Source: Dehalococcoidia bacterium
GTDB lineage: Bacteria; Chloroflexota; Dehalococcoidia; Bin125
NCBI GenBank assembly: GCA_963662615.2
Contig: CAXXSR010000001.1
Span: 1,280,001 to 1,344,000, forward strand
DNA length: 64,000 nt
Direction: 5' to 3'
Shown: piece after piece, positions 1-11,057 of the stretch
How positions within the stretch are numbered: position 1 is the first letter of the stretch
How the letters are laid out: each line of letters starts with the position of its first letter
Position numbers and translations under genes: made by a program
The notes under the pieces: generated by a model
Told to the model about the DNA's origin: nothing
The model's database searches: none
What the model saw: the letters and a program-made list of their open reading frames with translations, nothing else

Positions 1-2
1 CC

Positions 3-1106
3 CTCGTCAATCCGCGCTCCGGCCGCCAGGTCGGGACCCGTAGCGCCCGCCAGGTCTTCGACCTTATCGCCGCGGAGGCCTGGCGCAACGGCGACCCCGG
101 CCTCGTCTTCCTGGACCGCATCAATCGCGACAATCCCACGCCCGCCCTCGGCGCTATCGAATCGACGAATCCCTGCGGCGAGCAACCCCTCCTGGCCAAC
201 GAGTCGTGCACGCTGGGCTCCATTGACGTCTCCAAGTTCTTCGCCGACGGCGATCTGGACTGGGGCCGCTTGGGAGCGACGGTAGACACGGCCGTGCGCT
301 TTCTGGACGACGTGATTGACCAGAACCGCTACCCCTCCGAGGAGATCGCCCGCACCACGCTGAGCACGCGCAAGATCGGCCTTGGCGTCATGGGCTTCGC
401 AGACCTCCTCATCCTCCTGCGCGTGCCCTACGGCTCCGAGGAAGGGCTGGCCTGGGCCGAGCGCCTGATGGGGTTCCTCCAGGACCGGGCCAACGCGGCC
501 TCCCTGGCCCTGGGCGAAGCGCGCGGTGTCTTCGCCGCCTGGACCGGCTCCGTCTTCCACCCGGGCGGGCCGCGCTACCGCAATGCCACCCGCACCACCA
601 TCGCGCCCACCGGCACGCTCAGCATCATCGCCGGATGCTCCGGCGGCATTGAGCCGGTGTATGCGCTGGCCTACGTCCGCCAGCACTATCTAGACCGCGA
701 CGATCCCACCCGCCTGACGGAGATCAGCGAGGTTTCCCCCCTCCTCCAACGCCAGGCCCAGGCCGAAGGCTGGTGGAGCGGGGCGCTGTTGGGGCACTTG
801 CTGGCGGGCGGCTCCCTGCGCGACTGGGATGCCACTCCGGATTGGGCACCGGACGTCTTCGTGACCGCGTACGACATCTCCTGGGAATGGCATGTCCGTA
901 TGCAAAGCGCCTTCCAGCGCCGCGTTGACAATGCGGTCTCGAAAACGGTTAACTTCCCGGCTGCCGCGACCAAAGATGACGTGGCGGCGGCGCTCTTGCT
1001 CGCCTGGCGTGAGGGCTGCAAGGGGATCACGGTCTATCGAGACACGTCGCGCCAGAACCAAGTCCTCTCGCGTGTGCCCATTGGCCCGGAACGCGACTGG
1101 CACTGA
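3..1106 (+). CDS. nrdJ: Class II (B12-dependent) ribonucleotide reductase, 5'-truncated by window edge
   Basis: Frame open from base 3: GDPGLVFLDRIN, TNPCGEQPL (catalytic NPCGE), RKIGLGVMG, TIAPTGT, AVSKTVN, CKGITVYRD. Confidence 0.93.
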   Translation, partial: LVNPRSGRQVGTRSARQVFDLIAAEAWRNGDPGLVFLDRINRDNPTPALGAIESTNPCGEQPLLANESCTLGSIDVSKFFADGDLDWGRLGATVDTAVRFLDDVIDQNRYPSEEIARTTLSTRKIGLGVMGFADLLILLRVPYGSEEGLAWAERLMGFLQDRANAASLALGEARGVFAAWTGSVFHPGGPRYRNATRTTIAPTGTLSIIAGCSGGIEPVYALAYVRQHYLDRDDPTRLTEISEVSPLLQRQAQAEGWWSGALLGHLLAGGSLRDWDATPDWAPDVFVTAYDISWEWHVRMQSAFQRRVDNAVSKTVNFPAAATKDDVAAALLLAWREGCKGITVYRDTSRQNQVLSRVPIGPERDWH

Positions 1107-1410
1107 GACAGTGCCGGTGTAGAGCCCCGCGGCGTCGCCTGTGCATCAAGGCCGCCCTCTCCTCGCTTATGACGACGGCGCTGCCGGTGGTCTCAACCGC
1201 TCAATCGCGGCATCGACGGACGCACCAGAGAAGAACGCAAAATCATGCGCCGACGCTGCAGGCGTCTGGGGTGCGCGAATGCGCGCACCGGATCGGCATC
1301 GACTTGCGCATGACGAACGCGGCGCACGTCTTGTCGCAATGACCATCGTGCGTCGACGCATGCATGACTGCGAGCGCGGGTGCGGTGATCAGACACCCAA
1401 AAACTTTTTC

Positions 1411-1430
1411 TTGACAACATCTTGTCGCAA
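1411..1430 (+). promoter_or_regulatory. Probable promoter region of the histone-like gene
   Basis: Perfect TTGACA at 1411-1416 preceded by an A/T tract; GACAA-N4-TTGTC palindrome; no clean -10 box. Confidence 0.4.
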
Positions 1431-1501
1431 GTGCGAATAGGCGCTGTAATTAGTGCGAGCAGACTTTGTCTGCGCGGAGACGAAACCGGGGAGGACAGCA
1501 C

Positions 1502-1777
1502 ATGCCAGCAGCAAGGAAGCGCGGGGCCGGTAAGGCGGCGGCGCGCAAGACTACCGCCCGCAAGGCCGCCAAGAAGACCGCGCGCAAGACCACCGGACGC
1601 AAGGCCGCCAAGAAGACCGCGCGCAAGACTACCGCCCGCAAGGCCGCCAAGAAGACCGCGCGCAAGACTACCGCCGGCAAGGCCGCCAAGAAGACCGCGC
1701 GCAAGACCACCGGACGCAAGGCCGCCAAGAAGACCGCGCGCAAGACCGGCGCCCGCAAAGCAAGCAAGCGGCAGTAG
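1502..1777 (+). CDS. Histone H1-like Lys/Arg/Ala/Thr-rich basic protein (91 aa)
   Basis: GGGGAGGA SD before ATG 1502; tandem RKAAKKTARKTTx repeats with synonymous third-position variation; followed by a strong hairpin. Confidence 0.85.
   Translation: MPAARKRGAGKAAARKTTARKAAKKTARKTTGRKAAKKTARKTTARKAAKKTARKTTAGKAAKKTARKTTGRKAAKKTARKTGARKASKRQ
1541..1760 (+). repeat. 39-bp coding tandem repeat, about 5.5 copies
   Basis: Unit CGCAAGGCCGCCAAGAAGACCGCGCGCAAGACYACCGSM. Confidence 0.95.
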
Positions 1778-1814
1778 TCCCGGCGCAGCGGGCGAGCAAC
1801 GAATCGGTAACCAC

Positions 1815-1846
1815 AGAAGGCCGGCTGCCGGCGCAGCCGGCCTTCT
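1815..1846 (+). terminator. Terminator-like hairpin after the histone-like gene
   Basis: Perfect 14-bp stem AGAAGGCCGGCTGC/GCAGCCGGCCTTCT with a 4-nt loop. Confidence 0.7.
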
Positions 1847-1998
1847 CACGTGCGCTTTTCCTGCCCGACCGGGCCCTCGCGCGGAGCCGACGCAGACCCT
1901 ACGATGCCCGTTGAACGTCTGCCGGCGCGGGCCTCGCCCGCTACCCCAGCACGCCGTGTCACGACAATGTCAGAAGCAGCTCCCTATACTCGAGAGCA

Positions 1999-3654
1999 AT
2001 GACCGCCATCACCGTGCAACCCGCCATCGCCACCGCACGCGCCCGTTTGCAGTCGGAGCAGGGCGCCATCGTGAAGGATTGGGGAGGGCGGCTCCCCTTC
2101 GTGCTCGTCTACCCAAATTCGTACTACATCGGCATGTCCAACTTGGGCGTGCAGACCATCTACACGCTGCTCAATAAACAACCGGATCTGGTCTGCGAAC
2201 GCGCCTTCTACGATCCCCCCCAAGATGGCGAGGCCCCTTCCGCGCCCCTCTCCGTGGAATCGCAGCGCCCCTTGGCCGATTTTCCGGTCGTCGCCTACAC
2301 GCTCACCTACGAGATCGACTACTACCACGTGGTGCAGTCGCTCCGAGCCGCGAAGATCCCGCCGCTGGCGGCCGAGCGCGACGAGCGACATCCGCTGATC
2401 CTGGGCGGCGGCGCCGCCGTCATCACCAACCCCATGCCTCTCGCCGACTGTTTCGACGCCTTCGTCATCGGCGAGGCGGAGCCCGTTCTCGATCAGCTCG
2501 TGGAGACGATCCGCGAGCATATCCACAGCGGTCGCGCCGACCTCCTCGACGCCTTGGCTCACGTGCCCGGCGTCTTCGTCCCGGCTCACGGCGCAACGGC
2601 CGGGGTGGAGCGGCAGTGGCTGCGAGACGTCGGCAGCACGGAGGCAATGTCGGCCGTCCTCACCGAGGACACAGAGCTGTCCCACATGACCCTGATTGAG
2701 GCGGCAAGGGGCTGCGGCCGCGGCTGCCGCTTCTGCATTGCCGGCTACGTCTTCCGGCCGCCACGATACCGGCCGTTGGAAATGCTGCTCGACCAAGTAG
2801 ACCGCGCGCTCAAGCAATCGAACCGGGTGGGACTCTTGGGGGCAGCCGTGGCTGATCACCCGCAGTTGGTGGAGCTTGCCCACCAGGCGGACCAGCGTGG
2901 CGCCCAGGTCTCAATCAGCTCTCTGCGGGTTGACAATCTGCAGCCGGAGCTCCTCCAGGTCCTCAGCCGCGGCGGCACCCGCACGGTCACGCTCGCCCCG
3001 GAGGCCGGCAGCGAGCGCATGCGCGCCAAGATCAATAAGGCTGTCAGCCACGACCAGATCCTCCGTGCGGCGGACCTTGTCGGGGCCGCGGGCATGCGAC
3101 GCCTCAAGCTCTACTTCCTGATCGGCCTGCCCGAAGAGGAGGACGAGGACGTCGTTGAGATGGCCAACTTGGGAATTGAGATCAAAGAGCGCCTGGACGC
3201 GCACGGCCACGGCACGGAGCTCGTGATGAGCGTCGGGCCTCTCGTGCCCAAGCCGGCGACGGCCTATCAGCACCTGCCACAGACGGATGCGCACGTGATC
3301 ACCGCTCGCACGAAGATCCTCCGCCAGGCCTTCCGCAACACGGGCATCCGCTTGCGCGGAGAGGGCGCGGCCTGGGCCCGCATTGACGACATCTGCTCCC
3401 GCTCCGACCAACGCCTCGGCCACGCCATCTTGGACATGCGCACCAACACCCGCGCCGAGTGGATGCGGGTCGCCGCCGAGTGGGGCCTGGACGGTCCTCT
3501 CCCCTGGGGCGGAGGCCCCATGCCCTGGACGAGGATCGATACCGGCATCACGGCGCGCTTCTTTGAGCGCGAGTGGGACAAGCACCTCCGCAGCAAGCCC
3601 ACGATCGCCTGCCCGCCTCCCGAGATCGGCTGCAAGCTCTGCGGCGTCTGTTAG
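1999..3654 (+). CDS. Radical SAM protein with an N-terminal B12-binding-like domain
   Basis: YPNSYYIGMSNLG N-terminus, RGCGRGCRFC CxxxCxxC motif, APEAGSERMR, KLYFLIGLP, C-terminal CKLCGVC. Confidence 0.85.
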   Translation: MTAITVQPAIATARARLQSEQGAIVKDWGGRLPFVLVYPNSYYIGMSNLGVQTIYTLLNKQPDLVCERAFYDPPQDGEAPSAPLSVESQRPLADFPVVAYTLTYEIDYYHVVQSLRAAKIPPLAAERDERHPLILGGGAAVITNPMPLADCFDAFVIGEAEPVLDQLVETIREHIHSGRADLLDALAHVPGVFVPAHGATAGVERQWLRDVGSTEAMSAVLTEDTELSHMTLIEAARGCGRGCRFCIAGYVFRPPRYRPLEMLLDQVDRALKQSNRVGLLGAAVADHPQLVELAHQADQRGAQVSISSLRVDNLQPELLQVLSRGGTRTVTLAPEAGSERMRAKINKAVSHDQILRAADLVGAAGMRRLKLYFLIGLPEEEDEDVVEMANLGIEIKERLDAHGHGTELVMSVGPLVPKPATAYQHLPQTDAHVITARTKILRQAFRNTGIRLRGEGAAWARIDDICSRSDQRLGHAILDMRTNTRAEWMRVAAEWGLDGPLPWGGGPMPWTRIDTGITARFFEREWDKHLRSKPTIACPPPEIGCKLCGVC

Positions 3655-3671
3655 CCAGCTATCCTGGCGCT

Positions 3672-4352
3672 ATGGCTCAAGGCGGTTCGCTGACAGGCTG
3701 GGATCACGTCGGGCGAAATCTGCAGCACTTGCGCGAGCAGATCGCAGAGGCCGCCGAGCGAGCCCACCGCGATCCCGCGGAAGTCCAACTCGTGGCCGTG
3801 ACCAAGACGGTCCCCCTGGAGGGCATCCGCGCCGCCGCCGAGGCGGGCCAGACCATCTTCGGGGAGAACCGCGTCCAGGAAGCCCTGCCGAAGATCGAGG
3901 CGCTCCAGAGCGCCGGCGCCCGCTTCCACCTCGTGGGCCACTTGCAGACGAACAAGGCGAAGCGGGCGACCGCCTTTGATATGATCGAAAGTGTGGACTC
4001 CGTTCGCGTTGCCGTGGCGCTGGACCGGTATCTGAGCAAACCCTTGCGCGTCCTGCTGGAAGTGAACGTGGCGCAGGAAGCGAGCAAGCATGGCTTCGCA
4101 GCGGATGACCTCGCCGACGCGCTCGCCGTCATGGCGCCGCTGCCCCACATCAAGGTCGAGGGGCTGATGACCGTGGCGCCGCTGGTGGCGGAGCCGGAGG
4201 CCGTCCGCCCGATCTTCCGACAAATGCGGCAACTGCGAGACGAGCACGGGCTGGCCACCCTGAGCATGGGCATGACCAACGATTTTCCCGTCGCCATCGC
4301 CGAGGGGGCGACCATGGTGCGAATCGGTCGCGCCATCTTTGGAGACCGCTAG
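3672..4352 (+). CDS. yggS: PLP homeostasis protein YggS
   Basis: [38 protein letters not shown]. Confidence 0.95.
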   Translation: MAQGGSLTGWDHVGRNLQHLREQIAEAAERAHRDPAEVQLVAVTKTVPLEGIRAAAEAGQTIFGENRVQEALPKIEALQSAGARFHLVGHLQTNKAKRATAFDMIESVDSVRVAVALDRYLSKPLRVLLEVNVAQEASKHGFAADDLADALAVMAPLPHIKVEGLMTVAPLVAEPEAVRPIFRQMRQLRDEHGLATLSMGMTNDFPVAIAEGATMVRIGRAIFGDR

Positions 4353-5208
4353 CGTGAGCGGGGAGCAACACGCCTCAGCCACGGGCGACGACGCGGCCAC
4401 AAGCAGCCAGGTGTTCGCCATCATTGGTGGTGGCACCATGGGCGGCACCTTCGGCCGCGCCCTGCTGGACAATCAGCTCGCCGACCCAAAGACGATCACG
4501 GTCTGCGAAACCCACGCCCAGCGGCGCGCCGATCTCCAGGAGTCGCTCGGCGTACGCGTGACGGCGGGCCCGGCGGAGGCGATCGCGGGGGCGTCCGTGA
4601 TCTTTCTGGCCGTCAAGCCCCAAGACTTTCCCAGCGTCGGCGCCGCCCTCCAGGGGCTGATCCTCCCCGAGCAATTGGTGGTCTCGATCATGGCGGGGGT
4701 CCCCATCCAAAGCCTCCGCGACCAGCTCGGGCATCGGAGCGTGGTGCGGGCAATGCCAAATACGCCGGCCCAGATCGGCCAGGGGCTCACGGCCTGGACC
4801 GCGCCGCCGGAAGTGACGGAGGCGCAGCGCCGCCAGGTGCAACAGATGCTCGCCATCCTGGGCAAGGAGATCTACGTCCCGGACGAACGGCACATTGACA
4901 TGGCCACCGCGGTCAGCGGCTCCGGACCGGGCTTTTTCTTTGTGATCCTAGAAGCCATGATAGATGGGGCGGTGCAGATCGGCATGCGGCGCGAACTGGC
5001 CACGGAGATGGTGTACCAAACGGCGATCGGCTCAGCGCTGTACGCCCAGCAGTCTGGGCTGCATCCCGCCGTCCTCCGCGACATGGTGACCTCACCGGGC
5101 GGGACCACGGCGGAAGGCTTGCGGGCCATGGAGAAGCACGGCGCCCGCTCCGGGACCATGGAGGCCATCATCGCCGCCTATCGCCGCACACGGGAACTGG
5201 GTCAGTAA
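4339..5208 (+). CDS. proC: Pyrroline-5-carboxylate reductase
   Basis: [36 protein letters not shown]; start may be GTG 4354. Confidence 0.95.
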   Translation: METASVSGEQHASATGDDAATSSQVFAIIGGGTMGGTFGRALLDNQLADPKTITVCETHAQRRADLQESLGVRVTAGPAEAIAGASVIFLAVKPQDFPSVGAALQGLILPEQLVVSIMAGVPIQSLRDQLGHRSVVRAMPNTPAQIGQGLTAWTAPPEVTEAQRRQVQQMLAILGKEIYVPDERHIDMATAVSGSGPGFFFVILEAMIDGAVQIGMRRELATEMVYQTAIGSALYAQQSGLHPAVLRDMVTSPGGTTAEGLRAMEKHGARSGTMEAIIAAYRRTRELGQ

Positions 5209-5209
5209 C

Positions 5210-5467
5210 GTGGACGGCGCCGAACTCGTTTTCCTCCTACTGGAGATCATTTGGTGGTTGATCCTTGGCCGCGTGCTGATGAGCTGGATTCCCATGTTTA
5301 CGCAGCGCCCGCTTGACTACGGCAACCCGATCGTACGTTTCCTCTTCAACATCACAGAGCCCCTTCTTGCGCCCATCCGCCGCTTCGCCCTGGTGGGCAC
5401 GTTCGACCTCTCGCCGATTATCCTGCTTATTACGATTCGCGTCGTGCAAGCGGTGCTGGTCGGCTAG
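5210..5467 (+). CDS. yggT: YggT family membrane protein
   Basis: RVLMSW, ITEPLLAPIRR, DLSPII; yggS-proC context. Confidence 0.9.
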   Translation: MDGAELVFLLLEIIWWLILGRVLMSWIPMFTQRPLDYGNPIVRFLFNITEPLLAPIRRFALVGTFDLSPIILLITIRVVQAVLVG

Positions 5468-5793
5468 ACCGAATCCCGGTCGATGGCCGCATCGAGCCGG
5501 ACGTGCAGGTCTCCCTCGCTTAGCCCCGCAATGACGAACGTCTTGTCGCGACTCCGTTGGCCGCGCCTGAGCGTAAGAGCGGCGGCGGGAACGCCCAACG
5601 CCTGACTGAGCAGCTTGATCGCCGCCTCATTGGCCTTGCCCTCTACGGGCGCGGCGCCCACGCGAATGCGCAGCACCCTCTGCCCTCCCTGCAAGCCCTC
5701 CCGCTGACCCTCTCCTGCCTCCCAACCGACGATGGCATCGCGGCCGCCGCGCGGCGTGACGCGGACGTGCAGGATTGCGCCGGAAGCTGTCAC
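5464..5793 (-). CDS. yggU: DUF167/YggU family protein
   Basis: VRVTP, APVEGKANEA, GQRSRDK; GTG 5793 chosen because TAGGCT lies 6 nt upstream (ORF track starts at 5799). Confidence 0.85.
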   Translation of the reverse strand: MTASGAILHVRVTPRGGRDAIVGWEAGEGQREGLQGGQRVLRIRVGAAPVEGKANEAAIKLLSQALGVPAAALTLRRGQRSRDKTFVIAGLSEGDLHVRLDAAIDRDSV

Positions 5794-5862
5794 GGCCACA
5801 GCCTATTGGCAACGTGACGCAGCGCCGCTCTCTCGCGACGCTGTCTCCTCCTTGCTCGAATG

Positions 5863-5900
5863 GAACACATGTGCGACAGTGCGCCTGCGAACGGTTGTTC
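5863..5900 (+). promoter_or_regulatory. Two LexA (SOS) boxes upstream of recA
   Basis: GAAC-GGTT-GTTC at 5889-5900 (perfect) and GAAC-ACAT-GTGC at 5863-5874 (one mismatch). Confidence 0.8.
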
Positions 5901-5990
5901 TCATTCGCGCGACCGCTGGCCGGCCCCCCTCCTCTATGATGGGGCCGCGCGCTGAGGCGCTTGCAACAGTCGACAAGGAAAGGGCCGGCG

Positions 5991-7109
<1,119 letters not shown>

Positions 7110-7122
7110 CGCCGGTCAGCCC

Positions 7123-7764
7123 GTGCCTGAAATCACGGAGATTCACCGCCGCGGGCGGACGGTCACCGTGGCCTTCAACGAAGGGCCACCGCTCCACTGC
7201 GACCGCCAATTCCTCCGCACCCACCTCTTCGCCGTGGGTCATTCCATCGCGGCGCCGGCCTTAGAGGACGTCCGCCGGGAAGCGTTACGGCACGAGGCCA
7301 ACACGGCCGCCCTGCGTTGGTTGGCGCCCCGGCCGCGCAGCCGCGCGGAGGTGGAGCAGCGGCTGCGGCGGCGCGGCACACCGGCGGACGTGATCGCTGC
7401 CACGCTGTCCACCCTGGAGGCGCAGGGCTACCTGAATGACGGCGCCTTCGCCGTCGCCTGGACCGACGAGCGCGTACGCTTGCGCCCGCGTGCGCGGCGG
7501 ATGATCCAAGCGGAGCTGCGGACCCAGGGCGTGGACGCTGCCATCGCAGAGGGGGCCACCGCCGACGTCGACGACGGCGCCCTGGCGAAGCGGCTCGCGC
7601 AGACGCGCGCGAGCCGCTTCTCCGGCACCTGGGACGACTTTCGCCGCCGGGTGGGGGGCGCGCTGCGGCAGCGAGGGTTCTCCTTTGACGTTGCTGAGCA
7701 CGCCCTGCGGGCAGCGTGGCAGGGGCGACCTGGCGGGGATGACGACGATCCGCCGCCCCCCTGA
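7123..7764 (+). CDS. recX: Regulatory protein RecX
   Basis: RPRSRAEVEQRL, GYLNDGAFA, LRQRGFS; directly after recA. Confidence 0.9.
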   Translation: MPEITEIHRRGRTVTVAFNEGPPLHCDRQFLRTHLFAVGHSIAAPALEDVRREALRHEANTAALRWLAPRPRSRAEVEQRLRRRGTPADVIAATLSTLEAQGYLNDGAFAVAWTDERVRLRPRARRMIQAELRTQGVDAAIAEGATADVDDGALAKRLAQTRASRFSGTWDDFRRRVGGALRQRGFSFDVAEHALRAAWQGRPGGDDDDPPPP

Positions 7765-7932
7765 CTTGGCGGCTTCCCCACTGCTGGAGACAACCTCCCC
7801 CTGTAGCGACGCAAGTAGCGCTCCGCCGCGTCGCCCCGTAGGATGAGCACGAGCATCAGGGAGCGAGTTCGGTTTGATTCGCCAACTTCACCTACCAGGT
7901 GATCAATCTACTGATCAGTTAGCGAGGACACC

Positions 7933-9423
7933 ATGTTGGGAGCCCTTTTACGGCTCCTGCGCGGCAGGAGAGGGCGTCAGCCTGACCCGCGCGAACAAGC
8001 CAGGTTGGAGGCCGAACAGATCCTCCAACGGGCAGAGCAGGAAGCCCGTGCCAAACAGCTTCAAGCGCAAGAGGAATCGCTGCGCATCCGTCAGGAGATG
8101 GAGTCCGATGTCCGCACAACGCGGACCGAAGTTCAGCGCCACGAAGACCGCCTCATTAAGCGCGAGGACCAGCTAGAGCGCAAAGCGACCGATCTGGAGC
8201 GGCGCGACGAAGGGCTGCGCAGTCGCGACGGCCTGTTGGACGATCGCGAAAGCGGGATCGACCAGCTCATCGCCGAGCAACAGCGACAGCTGGAACAGAT
8301 TGGCCAGCTCACCAGCGAGGAGGCGCGCGAGCGCCTGCTCACGCAAATCGACGCGGAAGTCCGCGACGAGGCGATCCGCCGCCTCCGCGAAGCGGATGTG
8401 CGGTACAAGGAAGAGGCAGAAGAGAAGGCCCGGAAATACATCGCCACCGCCCTGCAGCGCGTCGCTTCGGAAGTGACCACGGAAACCACCGTCTCCGTTA
8501 TCCCTATTCCGAGCGACGAGATGAAAGGGCGGATCATTGGCCGCGAAGGCCGCAACATCCGCGCCCTGGAGGCGGCCACCGGCTGCGACGTGATCATCGA
8601 CGACACTCCCGAAGCGGTGACGCTCTCCGCCTTCGATCCCGTCCGCCGCGCCGTCGGCAGGATCGCCATGAGCCGGCTGGTCGCGGACGGCCGCATCCAC
8701 CCTGCCCGCATCGAGGAGCAGGTCGAGAAGGCCCGCAAGGAGGTGGACGCCACCATCCGCGAGGCCGGCGAAGAAGCCGCGATTGAGGCGAAATGCCAGG
8801 GGCTGCCCCGCGACATCCTGCACCTCTTCGGCCGGCTCAAATACCGCACGTCCTACGGGCAGAACCAGCTCACTCACGCCGTGGAGACGGCCCACATTGG
8901 CGCCATGCTCGCAGAGGAGTTGGGCGCCGACCCCGAGGTGGTCCGGCGCGGGGCCCTCTTGCACGATCTCGGCAAGGCCGTCGACCACGAAGTGGAAGGG
9001 ACGCACGCCCTCATTGGCGCGGACATCGCCCGCCGCTTCAAGGTCAGCGAGCCTATCGTTCACTGCATTGAGGCGCATCACGAAGAGGTCGAAATGCATA
9101 GCGTTGAAGCCGTCATCGTGCAGATGGCGGACGCGATCTCCGGCGGCCGGCCCGGGGCACGGCGCGAGTCCGCCGAGCGGTACGTGGAGCGGCTCCGCGC
9201 CCTGGAGGAGATCGCCAACTCCTTCGACGGGGTGGACCGCTGCTTCGCCATCCAAGCGGGGCGGGAGGTTCGCGTCATCGTGAATCCCAAGAAGGTCGAC
9301 GACCTGGAGTCCATGCGCATGGCGCGCGACATCAGCAAGCAGATTGAAACCAGCTTGCAATACCCCGGGCAGATCCGCGTCACCGTCATGCGAGAGACAC
9401 GGGCGACGAAGGTAGCCCGCTAG
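7933..9423 (+). CDS. rny: Ribonuclease Y
   Basis: Coiled coil, KH domain KGRIIGREGRNIR, RTSYGQN, HD domain LLHDLGK, ADAISGGRPGAR. Confidence 0.97.
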   Translation: MLGALLRLLRGRRGRQPDPREQARLEAEQILQRAEQEARAKQLQAQEESLRIRQEMESDVRTTRTEVQRHEDRLIKREDQLERKATDLERRDEGLRSRDGLLDDRESGIDQLIAEQQRQLEQIGQLTSEEARERLLTQIDAEVRDEAIRRLREADVRYKEEAEEKARKYIATALQRVASEVTTETTVSVIPIPSDEMKGRIIGREGRNIRALEAATGCDVIIDDTPEAVTLSAFDPVRRAVGRIAMSRLVADGRIHPARIEEQVEKARKEVDATIREAGEEAAIEAKCQGLPRDILHLFGRLKYRTSYGQNQLTHAVETAHIGAMLAEELGADPEVVRRGALLHDLGKAVDHEVEGTHALIGADIARRFKVSEPIVHCIEAHHEEVEMHSVEAVIVQMADAISGGRPGARRESAERYVERLRALEEIANSFDGVDRCFAIQAGREVRVIVNPKKVDDLESMRMARDISKQIETSLQYPGQIRVTVMRETRATKVAR

Positions 9424-9426
9424 GGC

Positions 9427-10197
9427 ATGCGCGTCCTCCTTCTCGGCGACGTGATGGGCAAGGCCGGCCGGCGGGCCCTCGCCGCGCTCGTCCCCCAATT
9501 GCGCCGTGAACTCGACTTGGATTATGTCATTGCCAACGCCGAGAACGCCGCCGCCGGGCGCGGCACCACGGAGAAGATCGCCCGCCAACTGCTCGACTCG
9601 GGCGTTGACGTCCTGACCGGCGGCAACCACACCTGGGCCATCGCCGACTTCGCTGCGGCGCTGGACGGCGATCTGCCCGTGCTCCGCCCGGCCAACTATC
9701 CCGCTGCGGCGCCCGGCCGCGGCGTCTGGCACAACTCCCGCCTCGCGGTGCTCAATCTGATCGGGCGGACCTTCATGGCGCCGCTCGACGATCCCTTCGC
9801 GGTGGCGGACAGGCTGCTTGACGAGCTCCCTGACGGACTGCACGTCGTGGTCGACTTCCACGCCGAGGCCACCGCGGAGAAGCAAGCCCTCGGCTGGCAC
9901 CTGGATGGCCGCGTCGCGGCCGTCGCGGGCACCCACACGCACGTGCCCACCGCTGATGCGCGTATCCTGCCCGGCGGCACCGGCTTCGTCACGGACATCG
10001 GCATGTGCGGGGCGCGGGACTCCATCATCGGCACGGAGGTCAAGCCGGCCTTGCAACGATTCCTCACCGGCCTGCCAACACGGCTCCCCCCGGAAGAGAA
10101 GGGCCCTCTCGTCTTCTCATCGCTGCTGGTGGACATCGACGAAGCAACGGGCCACGCGCGCGCAGTCGAGCGCGTTGACCGCACCCTGGACGCCTGA
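9427..10197 (+). CDS. ymdB: YmdB-like metallophosphoesterase
   Basis: GDVMG, NAENAA, TGGNH, DFHAEATAEK, GTHTHVPTAD; rny-ymdB synteny. Confidence 0.93.
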   Translation: MRVLLLGDVMGKAGRRALAALVPQLRRELDLDYVIANAENAAAGRGTTEKIARQLLDSGVDVLTGGNHTWAIADFAAALDGDLPVLRPANYPAAAPGRGVWHNSRLAVLNLIGRTFMAPLDDPFAVADRLLDELPDGLHVVVDFHAEATAEKQALGWHLDGRVAAVAGTHTHVPTADARILPGGTGFVTDIGMCGARDSIIGTEVKPALQRFLTGLPTRLPPEEKGPLVFSSLLVDIDEATGHARAVERVDRTLDA

Positions 10198-11057
10198 TGG
10201 CGCGCGCCGATTTCCACGCGCACAGCACTCAGTCGGACGGCGTCTTATCGCCGCGTGAACTCGTCGCCAAGGCCGCGGCCCGCGACGTGGCGATCCTGGC
10301 CCTCACCGACCATGACACGACCGAAGGCGTCGCCGAGGCCGTCGCAGCAGGCCGGGAGTTCGGCCTGCGCGTGATTCCGGGCGTGGAGCTCAGCGCCGAC
10401 CTGGCGGATGGTGGCGACGCGCATCTTCTGGGCTACTTCCGCACGGTGGAGAGCCGGCGGCTGCAAGACTACCTTGCCGCCCTGCGCCGCGGACGCATGC
10501 AGCGCGGGCGCATCATGCTGGCCAAGCTGGACGCGCTGGGGATGCCGTTGCGGTGGGAGCGGGTGCAAGCCATCGCCGGCGAGGCGGCGGTGGGACGGCC
10601 TCACGTCGCCCGGGCAATGGTCGAGCGCGGCTACGTGGCGAGCTTGCGTGAAGCGTTCGACAAATACCTCCACACCGGGGGGCCTGCGGACGCGCCGCGC
10701 GAGAAGCTCTCACCCAAGGACGCGATTGAGCTGGTCCGCGAGGCGGGCGGCGTCGCTGTCCTCGCCCACCCCTCCTTCTTGCTGGACGCAGAGGCGGCCG
10801 TCTCCCAGCTCGCATCCGTCGGCCTGCAAGGGTTGGAGGTCTTCTACAAGAACTATACGGAGCCAGAGATCGCCACCTTCAAGGCGCTCGCGGATGCCCA
10901 CGGCCTCCTGCCCCTGGGCGGGTCCGACTATCACGGCATCCATGACGATGAACGCGAGCCCGGCGACATCCCCCTCCCCGACGATGTGATCGACGCCTTC
11001 CTTGCCTTTGCAGAATCGCAGTGGACGGCCGCGGCGGCGAAACCCTCAACGCCATGA
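10197..11057 (+). CDS. PHP-domain phosphoesterase (YciV/TrpH-like)
   Basis: [34 protein letters not shown]. Confidence 0.9.
   Translation: MARADFHAHSTQSDGVLSPRELVAKAAARDVAILALTDHDTTEGVAEAVAAGREFGLRVIPGVELSADLADGGDAHLLGYFRTVESRRLQDYLAALRRGRMQRGRIMLAKLDALGMPLRWERVQAIAGEAAVGRPHVARAMVERGYVASLREAFDKYLHTGGPADAPREKLSPKDAIELVREAGGVAVLAHPSFLLDAEAAVSQLASVGLQGLEVFYKNYTEPEIATFKALADAHGLLPLGGSDYHGIHDDEREPGDIPLPDDVIDAFLAFAESQWTAAAAKPSTP

Noticed and set aside
1541-1760. CRISPR array
   Set aside because: Contiguous in-frame 39-bp coding repeats without unique spacers; no cas genes.
7765-7932. 6S RNA between recX and rny
   Set aside because: Only short local hairpins; no long rod with a central bubble that I could support.
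8173-10056. Long antisense ORFs (also 12506-14302, 37341-39497, 46565-47983, 52077-54131)
   Set aside because: Shadow frames of well-supported genes, expected in high-GC DNA; no recognisable motifs.
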